A DNA stretch of 24,592 nt from a virus (lineage: Duplodnaviria > Caudoviricetes). A program made the position numbers and the translations under genes. Below, in pieces: positions 1 to 8,245 of this stretch. A model generated the notes under the pieces. It did not search any database and was not told the DNA's origin. It saw only the letters and a program-made list of their open reading frames with translations. The stretch's first letter is position 1, and each line of letters starts with the position of its first letter. The stretch is taken from IMG/VR virus record IMGVR_UViG_3300037847_000548, positions 1 through 24,592 of that record. The stretch is one strand, 5' to 3'.

Positions 1-2
1 CC

Positions 3-299
3 AATGGAGAATGGATTATACTTTCATCCCCATTAAGATACGACAATGACAATTCATCCTTTTGGAAAAGACATTGGTTAGCTAAACATAACTATAAACC
101 AAGTGATGCAATCTTTACAGGTCGAAAAGAAAAGTATGCAAGGAATAGAGCATATGACGAGGGCAACATACTAATAGATGATAAGCCTAAAAATATAGAA
201 AAATGGATAGCTAAAGGTGGTATAGGCATACTGTACCAAGCTAATCAAGATAGCCTAAAAGAGTTGTATAACAAGGTAGAGAAATACTATGGAGAATAA
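3..299 (+). CDS. 5'(3')-deoxyribonucleotidase-like HAD hydrolase (NT5C family), 5'-truncated by the window edge
   Basis: Manual translation of frame 3: ...WIILSSPL...FWKRHWL...RKEKYA...NILIDDKPKNIEKWIAKGGIGILY...*. The LIDD motif IV and W..GG.GI pattern are typical of phage NT5C-like HAD proteins. Not in the ORF track. Confidence 0.7.
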   Translation, partial: NGEWIILSSPLRYDNDNSSFWKRHWLAKHNYKPSDAIFTGRKEKYARNRAYDEGNILIDDKPKNIEKWIAKGGIGILYQANQDSLKELYNKVEKYYGE

Positions 300-300
300 T

Positions 301-447
301 ATGGCATATTACATATATGACTTTAACCAAGTAAGACTATTTGATACAGGATTTGAAACTTATCTACAGGCATTTGATTTTTGTTTAGATAAGTTTACAG
401 ATGAAGAAATGAAAGACATAACAATAACATTAATGAGGAGAAACTAA
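301..447 (+). CDS. small hypothetical protein (48 aa)
   Basis: Manual translation MAYYIYDFNQVRLFDTGFETYLQAFDFCLDKFTDEEMKDITITLMRRN*. GGAG SD at 291-294; stop overlaps the next ATG (TAATG). Confidence 0.65.
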   Translation: MAYYIYDFNQVRLFDTGFETYLQAFDFCLDKFTDEEMKDITITLMRRN

Positions 448-644
448 TGACTATAGCTGAATTATTTAAAAAATTATCTAGTTATCCAAGTAATACAAGA
501 TTAGATTTTATGTTAGTAGACCATCCCTTATCTGATTCTCAAAACGATATACCTGTAGAACCTGTAGGAATTATAGGTAGTGGGGATACAGTAGAAAATT
601 GTAATGTAAAGTATATTGAACTTGGATTAGTTAAAAGTGAGTAA
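447..644 (+). CDS. hypothetical protein (65 aa)
   Basis: ORF track; GAGGAG SD upstream; coupled to the previous stop. Confidence 0.7.
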   Translation: MTIAELFKKLSSYPSNTRLDFMLVDHPLSDSQNDIPVEPVGIIGSGDTVENCNVKYIELGLVKSE

Positions 645-657
645 AGGAGAATAAATA

Positions 658-843
658 ATGAGTGTATTAGTAGCTGATATAAAATTTTATAAAGTAGATG
701 ATGATGGCAATGAAGTCTTAACAAAAGATGGAAAGCACATACAACTATATGAATTAAAAAGAGGTATTAGATTTAAACCATTAGAGTATCTATGTGAGGA
801 TATGGATGATGATATATTAGAGGAGATAAAAGAAACTACTTGA
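658..843 (+). CDS. hypothetical protein (61 aa)
   Basis: ORF track; AAGGAG SD upstream. Confidence 0.7.
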   Translation: MSVLVADIKFYKVDDDGNEVLTKDGKHIQLYELKRGIRFKPLEYLCEDMDDDILEEIKETT

Positions 844-868
844 CACTACCAAAGTTAAGTTATATAAC
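840..868 (+). promoter_or_regulatory. sigma70-type promoter upstream of the methyltransferase
   Basis: TTGACA (840-845), 17-nt spacer, TATAAC (863-868). Confidence 0.75.
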
Positions 869-898
869 ATAAACACAACACCTACAGGAGCAACACAA

Positions 899-2062
899 AT
901 GAAATACAAATACTATGCGAGTGAGATAGATAAATACACTATCAAAGTAACTCAAGCTAACTTCCCTAACACAATACAATTAGGGGATGTACAAGAAATA
1001 AAACCACCATTAGAATGGAATCAAGAACTAGATATTCTAGTAGGTGGTAGTCCATGTCAAGGATTTAGCTTTGCAGGAAAACAACTAAACTTCAATGATG
1101 AACGTAGTAAATTATTCTTTGAGTTTGTCAGACTAAAAGACACATTAAAACCTAAATACTTTTTACTTGAAAACGTAGTGATGAAACAGGAGTATCAAGA
1201 CGTTATATCAAAGTATCTAGGAGTAAAACCTATTATGATTAACTCTAGTAACTTTACTGCACAAAACAGGAAGAGATTATATTGGACAAACATTCCTGTT
1301 GATATGGACATTCAAGATAAAGGCATAGTCTTACAAGACATACTACAGGAAGATGGCATAGCCTGTGATGAAATGACTAGCAAAGAGGGTAAATCACATT
1401 GCCTAACTGCTACCTACAATGGTGCAGTATGGTGGAATAGTATCCAAAGAAAACAACGTACTATGGTAGGTTGTATTGAAGTTGGTCATGCTGAAGAGTA
1501 TGCACATTACAAACATGAACAAGCCAAAAGAGTTTATCACAAAGATGGTAAAGCACCAACTCTATTGACAATGCAAGGTGGCAACAGGCAACCTAAAGTA
1601 GCTACTTATTCAACTAAAGGTGGTCGTATTGTCAACAGGAGATTAAACAAAGATGGTGTTAGAAAAGACTACCAATTAGATTTACCTTTCACTACACAAA
1701 TAGAAGTGAGGGATGATGATAAAACTAATTGTTTAACTACTGTACAAAAAGATAATATTCTAGTTAAGGATATGACATGGAGAAAGCTAACACCATTAGA
1801 ATGTGAAAGGCTACAAGGATTGCCTGATGACTACACGAATCATGTATCAAATAGTCAGCGATACAAGATGCTAGGCAATGGTTTTAATATCCCTACTATT
1901 AAACATATAATTAAAAACTTACCATTGCATGATGGTATGGTTGTCGCATCTTTGTTTGATGGATATAGTGGATTCCAACAGGCATTGCACGAAACAATAC
2001 AGGAGCAACCAAAAGAATATACATTAGATAATCCTATATGGGATGAAAGGTGGACAAGATGA
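899..2062 (+). CDS. DNA (cytosine-5)-methyltransferase, circularly permuted (motif I at the C-terminus)
   Basis: Motif II ASEID, III GDV, IV GGSPCQGFS, VI ENV, VIII AQNRKRLYW, IX RKLTPLECERLQGLP, X RYKMLGNG, then motif I VASLFDGYSG near the C-terminus. AGGAG SD before ATG 899. Confidence 0.92.
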   Translation: MKYKYYASEIDKYTIKVTQANFPNTIQLGDVQEIKPPLEWNQELDILVGGSPCQGFSFAGKQLNFNDERSKLFFEFVRLKDTLKPKYFLLENVVMKQEYQDVISKYLGVKPIMINSSNFTAQNRKRLYWTNIPVDMDIQDKGIVLQDILQEDGIACDEMTSKEGKSHCLTATYNGAVWWNSIQRKQRTMVGCIEVGHAEEYAHYKHEQAKRVYHKDGKAPTLLTMQGGNRQPKVATYSTKGGRIVNRRLNKDGVRKDYQLDLPFTTQIEVRDDDKTNCLTTVQKDNILVKDMTWRKLTPLECERLQGLPDDYTNHVSNSQRYKMLGNGFNIPTIKHIIKNLPLHDGMVVASLFDGYSGFQQALHETIQEQPKEYTLDNPIWDERWTR

Positions 2063-2496
2063 TACTTGAATCAATCGTGTGTTTAGCTTTAAATGTATAT
2101 CACGAATCCAAAAACCAAAGTTTCGTAGGTCAAGTGGCAGTTGCACAAGTAGTTATGAATAGGGTACAGGATTCAAGATATCCAAACAACGTATGTGATG
2201 TCGTTAAACAGGGATTAACATATAAATGGAAACCTACACTACCTATCAAGAACAAGTGTCAATTTAGTTGGTATTGTGATGGTAAGAGTGATAAGGCAAG
2301 AGAAAAGAAAGCATGGAGTGTTGCACTCAAAGTTGCTAAAGGTGTATACTATGGCAACCTAGATGATTTTGTCGAGGGTGCAACACATTACCATGCCTAC
2401 TACGTTAACCCAAGTTGGGCAGAAACAAAGACTTATATAACTAGAATAGATGACCACATATTTTATAGGTGGGAAAATGAAAGGAGAACAAAATGA
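2059..2496 (+). CDS. cell wall hydrolase, SleB/CwlJ-like (Hydrolase_2)
   Basis: CLALNVYHES, VAQVVMNRV, CQFSWYCDG, GATHYHA, IDDHIFY. ATG 2059 overlaps the MTase stop (ATGA); the track start is 2050. Confidence 0.88.
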   Translation: MILESIVCLALNVYHESKNQSFVGQVAVAQVVMNRVQDSRYPNNVCDVVKQGLTYKWKPTLPIKNKCQFSWYCDGKSDKAREKKAWSVALKVAKGVYYGNLDDFVEGATHYHAYYVNPSWAETKTYITRIDDHIFYRWENERRTK

Positions 2497-3149
2497 AAAT
2501 CTATAAGTTAGTAAATGTACTAGGTGCATTAAATGATACAGGAAAATTAGCTAGTGATATGTATGAGCTAGGTAAAAAAAGATACTACTCAAAAGCACAT
2601 CAGCAAGAGATACCTATATCAGAAATGGACTTTCAACATATGGTTAGAGCATTCGTAAAACAAAATGATGAGGATGTTAGAACTGATACTCAAGAGGGCA
2701 AAGTTAGAGAGCTAGAAAAAGCTAACAGTCTACTTAAACAAGCATTTAAAAGAGTTAAAAAAGATTTAAATGTTTATAAAAATAAACTTGCTAATAATGA
2801 TACACAAGAATATCACAATCTGCATGGCAAGATAGATAAACTTGATGCTATCATTGAAGAGAAAGATGACATAATAAAAAAGTTATCTGAAGAGAATGAA
2901 CATTATAAAAAAGCATACCATGAGGCTATGCAGTTTGGAGGAGCTAGATATGTATTCGCTGAGATACCTAACAACGAGTATGGTAAAAAGTTAACTAGAG
3001 GTATGAAAGTATATCTTAACCATGATTCATACACCATGAGAGTGCGAGGGCAACACATCAAGCCTGAGTTAAAAGGTACAGGTGCTACCCATTATGGTCA
3101 AAGCATAGAGCAATCAACACATCTACGAGTTTACATAGATAAAAAATAG
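2493..3149 (+). CDS. hypothetical protein with a central coiled coil
   Basis: 218-aa ORF, AAGGAG SD, K/E/L-rich heptad-like middle section. Confidence 0.75.
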   Translation: MKIYKLVNVLGALNDTGKLASDMYELGKKRYYSKAHQQEIPISEMDFQHMVRAFVKQNDEDVRTDTQEGKVRELEKANSLLKQAFKRVKKDLNVYKNKLANNDTQEYHNLHGKIDKLDAIIEEKDDIIKKLSEENEHYKKAYHEAMQFGGARYVFAEIPNNEYGKKLTRGMKVYLNHDSYTMRVRGQHIKPELKGTGATHYGQSIEQSTHLRVYIDKK

Positions 3150-3158
3150 GAGATAAAA

Positions 3159-3428
3159 ATGGCAATACAAAGAGACCAACTAGCGACTAGTAATACAACT
3201 AAAGTAAACAATATAGACTGTATAGAACTAGATAGTCTAATCAAAAAACATAAAGTTATAGAAAATTTAAAAGATGGTATAGCTGATGGTTTATTGCATG
3301 GAGAAAGGGATGATAATAAAACACATTACTATTACAAGATAGGCTATGACTATGGTTGTACTATGTTTGATATGTTAGGTACAAATGTATGTAGAACTAG
3401 GATAAAGGATGGAACAGAAAATGACTAA
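3159..3428 (+). CDS. hypothetical protein (89 aa)
   Basis: ORF track; AGGAG SD. Confidence 0.7.
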   Translation: MAIQRDQLATSNTTKVNNIDCIELDSLIKKHKVIENLKDGIADGLLHGERDDNKTHYYYKIGYDYGCTMFDMLGTNVCRTRIKDGTEND

Positions 3429-3777
3429 AATAGTACATGATACATGGCAACTGATTATGAACCATCAGCGTAACCCATTGAAATATATACCTGATTTAAA
3501 TACTAGACACATGGTTATGCAGGTGTTAGCATGGATGTGGTGTATAGTTTTTTCTATGTACTTTGGTAGTATGTGGGTGTTTGGTATAACTGCCATTGCC
3601 CATGTATTTATATTGTGTGCCATTGTTTTAACTGTAGCTACGTTTGAAACTGCAAAGAGAAAGCCTACATTTTTTTTGAAGAAAGGCTATCACACACCAA
3701 GCAGAAGTAGATATATGTATTACAAAGGCAAGAGAATTAAGTATGACGATAACGACAAAGGTGGAGAACATGAATAG
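3409..3777 (+). CDS. hypothetical membrane protein (about 2 TM helices)
   Basis: Hydrophobic stretch VMQVLAWMWCIVFSMYFGSMWVFGITAIAHVFILCAIVLTVATF; alternative start at ATG 3421. Confidence 0.75.
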   Translation: MEQKMTKIVHDTWQLIMNHQRNPLKYIPDLNTRHMVMQVLAWMWCIVFSMYFGSMWVFGITAIAHVFILCAIVLTVATFETAKRKPTFFLKKGYHTPSRSRYMYYKGKRIKYDDNDKGGEHE

Positions 3778-3913
3778 ATACTACGTAGAAATGGAACACC
3801 CAAGAGGTAAAGAGGAGTATGGCACTATATACATTTATATGAATGCATATGATGCACAACAAATAATTGACATGGTTGACCAAGTTATAATAACAATAGA
3901 GAAAACAGAATAG
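3770..3913 (+). CDS. small hypothetical protein (47 aa)
   Basis: Manual translation MNRYYVEMEHPRGKEEYGTIYIYMNAYDAQQIIDMVDQVIITIEKTE*. GGAG SD; fills the gap between its neighbours. Confidence 0.6.
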   Translation: MNRYYVEMEHPRGKEEYGTIYIYMNAYDAQQIIDMVDQVIITIEKTE

Positions 3914-3922
3914 GAGATACAC

Positions 3923-4432
3923 ATGAATAGATTTATTATAGAAGATACACCAAGCAAGATTGCATCATCTCTATGCGACCAACATATAGTTAAGATGCCA
4001 CTAGAAGAAGCACAGATGTTGTGTACTGCACTATGGCATCATGTGCCTGACTATGCAGAGGAGCATGACCTGTACAAACCTGTACATCAAAAACATCCAT
4101 GCACTCTATGGGCAATGGAAACAAGAGCAAACTATTGGTTCGCTATGGATTTATATGGTCTAATGTTATTAGAATATACTAAACGATATGGCAGAGTGCA
4201 TGGTGCTAGTAAGCACAAAGAAGCTATCTATAGAGGTACTTGGATGATACCTGACCATACGGATGGTAAAATAACTGCACACCCACAATGTTTTAGTGGG
4301 CATGATGACTTGAAGACAGATGAGTTCTATCCTATTGAAGCATATCGTAAATTTTATATTGTAGACAAGTCTAAATTTGCGAGATACAAGTATACAGATA
4401 AACCAACTTGGATGAAAGGAGAAGTAGCATGA
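3923..4432 (+). CDS. pyrimidine-dimer DNA glycosylase / T4 endonuclease V-like protein
   Basis: LCDQHIVKMPLEEAQML, HQKHPCTLW, EYTKRYGRVH and PIEAYRKFY motifs of the Pyr_excise-like family. Confidence 0.75.
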   Translation: MNRFIIEDTPSKIASSLCDQHIVKMPLEEAQMLCTALWHHVPDYAEEHDLYKPVHQKHPCTLWAMETRANYWFAMDLYGLMLLEYTKRYGRVHGASKHKEAIYRGTWMIPDHTDGKITAHPQCFSGHDDLKTDEFYPIEAYRKFYIVDKSKFARYKYTDKPTWMKGEVA

Positions 4433-4677
4433 CAACGATTAAACTTACAGAAGTGCAAGAGGAAAGACTATTGAAGCAAGTTAATAATTTGAGAGAGATA
4501 GTTAATAATGTAAATGAATGTTTGCCTTTAGACTACCACACAGTAGCTGAATTGCCTACGTTAGAATACACATTAGTAGATATATTTAATTTAGAACTAC
4601 CTAGTTGTGAGCATAGTCATGTAGACAGGTGGAGAGATTATAGATATAAAGTGAAAGGAAAGAAAAATGTGGCATAG
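4429..4677 (+). CDS. hypothetical protein
   Basis: Track ORF 4408-4677. ATG 4429 follows AAGGAG and overlaps the previous stop (ATGA). Confidence 0.7.
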   Translation: MTTIKLTEVQEERLLKQVNNLREIVNNVNECLPLDYHTVAELPTLEYTLVDIFNLELPSCEHSHVDRWRDYRYKVKGKKNVA

Positions 4678-4798
4678 AATAGCAGATTTTTTTAACGTAG
4701 AGTATCATAAAAAGTATGGCGAGGGTACAAGGTTTGACCTCGACTATGGTAAGCTACTGATAATAGCATTGTGTATTTATATAGCTATAAAGGTGTAG
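4667..4798 (+). CDS. small protein with a C-terminal TM segment (43 aa)
   Basis: Manual translation MWHRIADFFNVEYHKKYGEGTRFDLDYGKLLIIALCIYIAIKV*. Confidence 0.55.
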   Translation: MWHRIADFFNVEYHKKYGEGTRFDLDYGKLLIIALCIYIAIKV

Positions 4799-4800
4799 TT

Positions 4801-4884
4801 ATGTATCCCAACAATGATGCTATAGTTGTACTACTAATAAGTGCAATAGTAGTATTATTCTTTTCATGTTACATAGGAGTATGA
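4801..4884 (+). CDS. very small single-TM peptide (27 aa)
   Basis: Manual translation MYPNNDAIVVLLISAIVVLFFSCYIGV*. AAGGTG SD; ends 1 nt before the integrase ATG. Confidence 0.45.
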   Translation: MYPNNDAIVVLLISAIVVLFFSCYIGV

Positions 4885-4885
4885 C

Positions 4886-5806
4886 ATGGCAAAAATAACA
4901 GTTAAACAACTAGTAGATGAATACTATAAGTCTAGTGATTACAGTATGTTAGCCTATAAAACTAAAGTAGATTATTCAAATTGTTTAGAGCTAATGTTGA
5001 ACACAAAATTAAATAAGCATTTTATTTGTACAACTAAAGCTGATAAACTAACAGGTGCTATGGCTAGACAATCATATGAAGTGTGGCTAAAACGTGGCAT
5101 TTATATGGCTAACCATATTGTTGCATCATCTAGGAAAGTGTATTCATTTGGAATGGAGATGGGTTATGTTGAATACAATCCATTTTCTACTTTTAAATGT
5201 AAAACTAACAAGCCAAGAAAGGTTGTTTGGACAAGAGAACAGATAAAAAAACTACTTGACTTTTGTTATAGTGATTTCAAGTACAGAAGTATAGGTTTAA
5301 TTGTACAAATGTCCTATGAATGGTGTCAAAGAGTAGGAGATATGAGATTACTCAAGTTTGAAAGCATAGATTTTAACAATGGTGTGTTAAATCTTGAACA
5401 ATCTAAACGAGGTGCAAGTGTTAGTCTTCCAATTAGTGAAGATTTATTTGAAATGTTACAAGAACAGAAAAGAGATTATGATTTTCAAGAATATGTTGCA
5501 CCTGTACCAAAGGCGATTAGAAGCTCATACAACCCCTATACTCTTCATAGGCTATCCATAGTGGCTAGAAAGGTAATCAAGCTCTGTGGACTTCCTAATG
5601 AGCTACGAATCGCTGATTTAAGACGAACAGGTACTACAGAGATGGTTGAAGCAGGAGTTTCAATGGGTCAAATCATGTCAGTTACAGGTCACGCAAACCC
5701 ACAGTCAGTAAAGCCTTACATGAAAAATACACTTGACTCTGCAAAAAATGCATTGACAACTCGAAAAAACTATGGTATAAGCATATTAAGTGCCACAGGG
5801 AAGTGA
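4886..5806 (+). CDS. int: tyrosine recombinase / phage integrase
   Basis: Catalytic R in WCQRVGDM, K in QSKRG, ADLRRT (HxxR box with Ala in place of His), TGHANPQSVKPY (His and nucleophile Tyr). Confidence 0.88.
   Translation: MAKITVKQLVDEYYKSSDYSMLAYKTKVDYSNCLELMLNTKLNKHFICTTKADKLTGAMARQSYEVWLKRGIYMANHIVASSRKVYSFGMEMGYVEYNPFSTFKCKTNKPRKVVWTREQIKKLLDFCYSDFKYRSIGLIVQMSYEWCQRVGDMRLLKFESIDFNNGVLNLEQSKRGASVSLPISEDLFEMLQEQKRDYDFQEYVAPVPKAIRSSYNPYTLHRLSIVARKVIKLCGLPNELRIADLRRTGTTEMVEAGVSMGQIMSVTGHANPQSVKPYMKNTLDSAKNALTTRKNYGISILSATGK
5753..5781 (+). promoter_or_regulatory. sigma70-type promoter inside the integrase 3' end, driving the replication genes
   Basis: TTGACA (5753-5758), 17-nt spacer ending in TGn, TATAAG (5776-5781). 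Confidence 0.7.
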
Positions 5807-5813
5807 TACATAT

Positions 5814-6605
5814 ATGAGTATATATACATATATAAATGATTTACATTTAAGTGTAGGAGAAAGTAAAAGATTAAACTGTCCTAATTGTAATGGCTATAAA
5901 ACTTTTAGTGTTACAAATAATATGGGCAATCTTTTATGGAACTGTTACAAAGCATCCTGTAGATTGTCAGGGTCAAAAAGAATACACTTATCTGTAGATG
6001 ATATTAAATCATCATTAGAATTAGTTAAACAACTAGATGATAAATTCACTATGCCTGAGTTTGTGGTACATCATGGTTATAGACGAGAGGTCATGGATTT
6101 CTGTGAGCTTTGGGAACTAGACTGTGATAAATTGAATCTACACTACGATATAAAAGATAAGAGGGTGGTGTTTCCTATCAAGGAGAATGGTGTGATTGTT
6201 GATGCCATAGGCAAAGCAGTTACACACAGACTTCCTAAGTGGAAAAGATATGGAAAAAAGAACTTGCCTTATTATTTTGGTTGTGGTAGTGTAGCAATCG
6301 TAGTTGAGGATTGCATTAGTGCTACTGTTGTAGGTAGTGATGTTTTTGTAGGGGTAGCTGTGTTGGGAACATCATTAAGCGAATCACACAGGCAGTATCT
6401 ATCGCAATTCTCGACTGTGATTATAGCACTAGACCCTGATGCAATGCCCAAAACACTAGCCTTTGCAAAAGAACTAAGAGGTCATGTGCCTGATGTAAAA
6501 GTTTTAAGATTGAATGACGATTTAAAATACAGGAATGAAGAAGACTTAAATAACTTATATACCCTAACCCCAAAGGAGAACCAACATGGAACTATCGTTA
6601 ATTAG
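5814..6605 (+). CDS. DNA primase (N-terminal Zn finger + TOPRIM)
   Basis: CPNC...CYKASC zinc finger; TOPRIM motifs VVED, AVLGT, IALDPD. Track start is GTG 5790; ATG 5814 is preferred. Confidence 0.85.
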   Translation: MSIYTYINDLHLSVGESKRLNCPNCNGYKTFSVTNNMGNLLWNCYKASCRLSGSKRIHLSVDDIKSSLELVKQLDDKFTMPEFVVHHGYRREVMDFCELWELDCDKLNLHYDIKDKRVVFPIKENGVIVDAIGKAVTHRLPKWKRYGKKNLPYYFGCGSVAIVVEDCISATVVGSDVFVGVAVLGTSLSESHRQYLSQFSTVIIALDPDAMPKTLAFAKELRGHVPDVKVLRLNDDLKYRNEEDLNNLYTLTPKENQHGTIVN

Positions 6606-7809
6606 AAGTTTGATGGACAAGCCATTCTATGATGAACATAGAGGTGCTAAGTGTCCTGATAGATTGTTTAGTAAAGATGTTAGAAAGATAAAACAATCTA
6701 TTGACAAAGCAATGTCAACATATGAAAGAACAGTAACACCTGATGAGATTGAAGCCTTGTTTATATCAAGTAATCCATCAATGACTACTGCACAGAAACA
6801 AGCCTACTTGGATTTGTTTAACAGAATAAAAAAGGAGAAGCCACTTGGAGAAGACGTTGCACAAGAAGTATTGTCTAAGTTATTTCAGCAAGTTGTTGGC
6901 GAAGACATTGCTAATATCGGCTTTGATTATGTTAATGGTAATCAATCCTCTCTTGAACCCATTAGAAATATTCTTGAATTATATGGAGATGATTTTACAC
7001 CAAATCTTAACATAGAATGGGATGACATGAGTTTGGAAACTTTAATATCCAAGAATAGCTTGGAAGCTAAGTGGACATTCAACATACCTGCCTTGACTAG
7101 AAAAGTAGAGGGAGTTTCTGCAGGACATTTGATTGAAGTAGGTGCTAGACCAAACACAGGTAAGACATCCTTTCATGCATCACTTGTTGCTAGTACAGGT
7201 GGCTTTGCACATCAAGGTGCTAAGTGTGTTGTGTTATGTAACGAAGAATCAGCACATAGAGTTGGTGCAAGATATCTTACATCAGCAACAGGCATGACAA
7301 TGCATGACATAAAAAAGAACCCTGAGAAAGCTAGAGATATATATGAAACAGTTAAGAAGAATATATTTATCAAAGATGCATCAGGTCGTGATATGGCATG
7401 GGTTGAGAGTGTTTGCAAATCATATAAGCCTGACATAGTGATACTTGATATGGGAGATAAGTTTGCAAGGTCAGGTGGGTTTGCTAGACCTGATGAAGCT
7501 CTAAAAGCTAATGCCATTCATGCTAGGCAGATAGCTAAGATACACGAGTGTGCAATATTCTATATGTCGCAACTGTCAGCAGAAGCAGAGGGTAAGGTAT
7601 ACTTGAATCAGGCTATGATGGAAGGCAGTAGAACAGGAAAAGCAGCCGAAGCAGATTTGATGCTTTTGATAGCAAAAGATGCAGTTAAAAATCCTGATAA
7701 TGAAGAAGAAAGTCCTGCAAGACACTTGAATGTTGTGAAGAATAAATTGTCAGGTTGGCATGGTGTTGAACATTGTGAATTAGATTATTTAACTGCTAGG
7801 TATTTATAG
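6586..7809 (+). CDS. replicative SF4 (DnaB / T7 gp4-like) helicase
   Basis: Walker A GARPNTGKT, CNEE, Walker B IVILD, MSQL, EADLML, VVKNK. Confidence 0.9.
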   Translation: MELSLIRSLMDKPFYDEHRGAKCPDRLFSKDVRKIKQSIDKAMSTYERTVTPDEIEALFISSNPSMTTAQKQAYLDLFNRIKKEKPLGEDVAQEVLSKLFQQVVGEDIANIGFDYVNGNQSSLEPIRNILELYGDDFTPNLNIEWDDMSLETLISKNSLEAKWTFNIPALTRKVEGVSAGHLIEVGARPNTGKTSFHASLVASTGGFAHQGAKCVVLCNEESAHRVGARYLTSATGMTMHDIKKNPEKARDIYETVKKNIFIKDASGRDMAWVESVCKSYKPDIVILDMGDKFARSGGFARPDEALKANAIHARQIAKIHECAIFYMSQLSAEAEGKVYLNQAMMEGSRTGKAAEADLMLLIAKDAVKNPDNEEESPARHLNVVKNKLSGWHGVEHCELDYLTARYL

Positions 7810-7810
7810 T

Positions 7811-8245
7811 ATGGTTCAAGGAGAACTATTTAAGAAAACAAATTTATTTGATTCGAGTAAAGGCACTAAAAAGTGTAGTAAATGTTCTCTTGATTTACCA
7901 TTAAATGCTTTCTCATCTTGTCATGGCGGAACTTATTTAAGACCTGAGTGTAAGAAATGTATGAGAGATATATCAAAGTCTAGGGAAGACATGAGGAGAG
8001 TTCATGGTATGCCTGATGAGGATACTTACATCTGTCCTATATGTTTAGGTAACTCTGAAGAGGTGGGAGATTTACAAAATAGAACTGCTTGGGTGTTAGA
8101 CCATTGTCATGTTACTAATAAGTTTAGAGGTTGGCTCTGTCATAAATGTAATAGAGCATTAGGTAATTTTAACGACAATGTTGACATTTTAAAAAGAGCA
8201 ATTAAATATTTAACAAAAAAGGATAAGAATGAAACTAACACTTGA
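7811..8245 (+). CDS. endonuclease VII-type HNH (His-Me) nuclease with N-terminal zinc finger; possible homing endonuclease
   Basis: CSKC..CKKC, then CPIC...VLDHCHVTNKFRGWLCHKCNRALG...AIKYL (Endonuclease_7 signature). Confidence 0.85.
   Translation: MVQGELFKKTNLFDSSKGTKKCSKCSLDLPLNAFSSCHGGTYLRPECKKCMRDISKSREDMRRVHGMPDEDTYICPICLGNSEEVGDLQNRTAWVLDHCHVTNKFRGWLCHKCNRALGNFNDNVDILKRAIKYLTKKDKNETNT

Noticed and set aside
827-898. Possible missed upstream start or frameshift that would supply a canonical N-terminal motif I to the MTase
   Set aside because: The in-frame upstream translation (KKLLDTTKVKLYNINTTPTGATQ) has no FxGxG, the region holds the promoter and SD, and the upstream ORF also lacks the motif.
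3867-3891. TTGACA ... TATAAT promoter-like pair
   Set aside because: The spacer is only 13 nt, too short for a sigma70 promoter.
5807-5835. TA-rich quasi-palindrome after the integrase, as a possible attP or origin
   Set aside because: Low-complexity sequence that mostly encodes the primase N-terminus; no tRNA-like core is recognisable.
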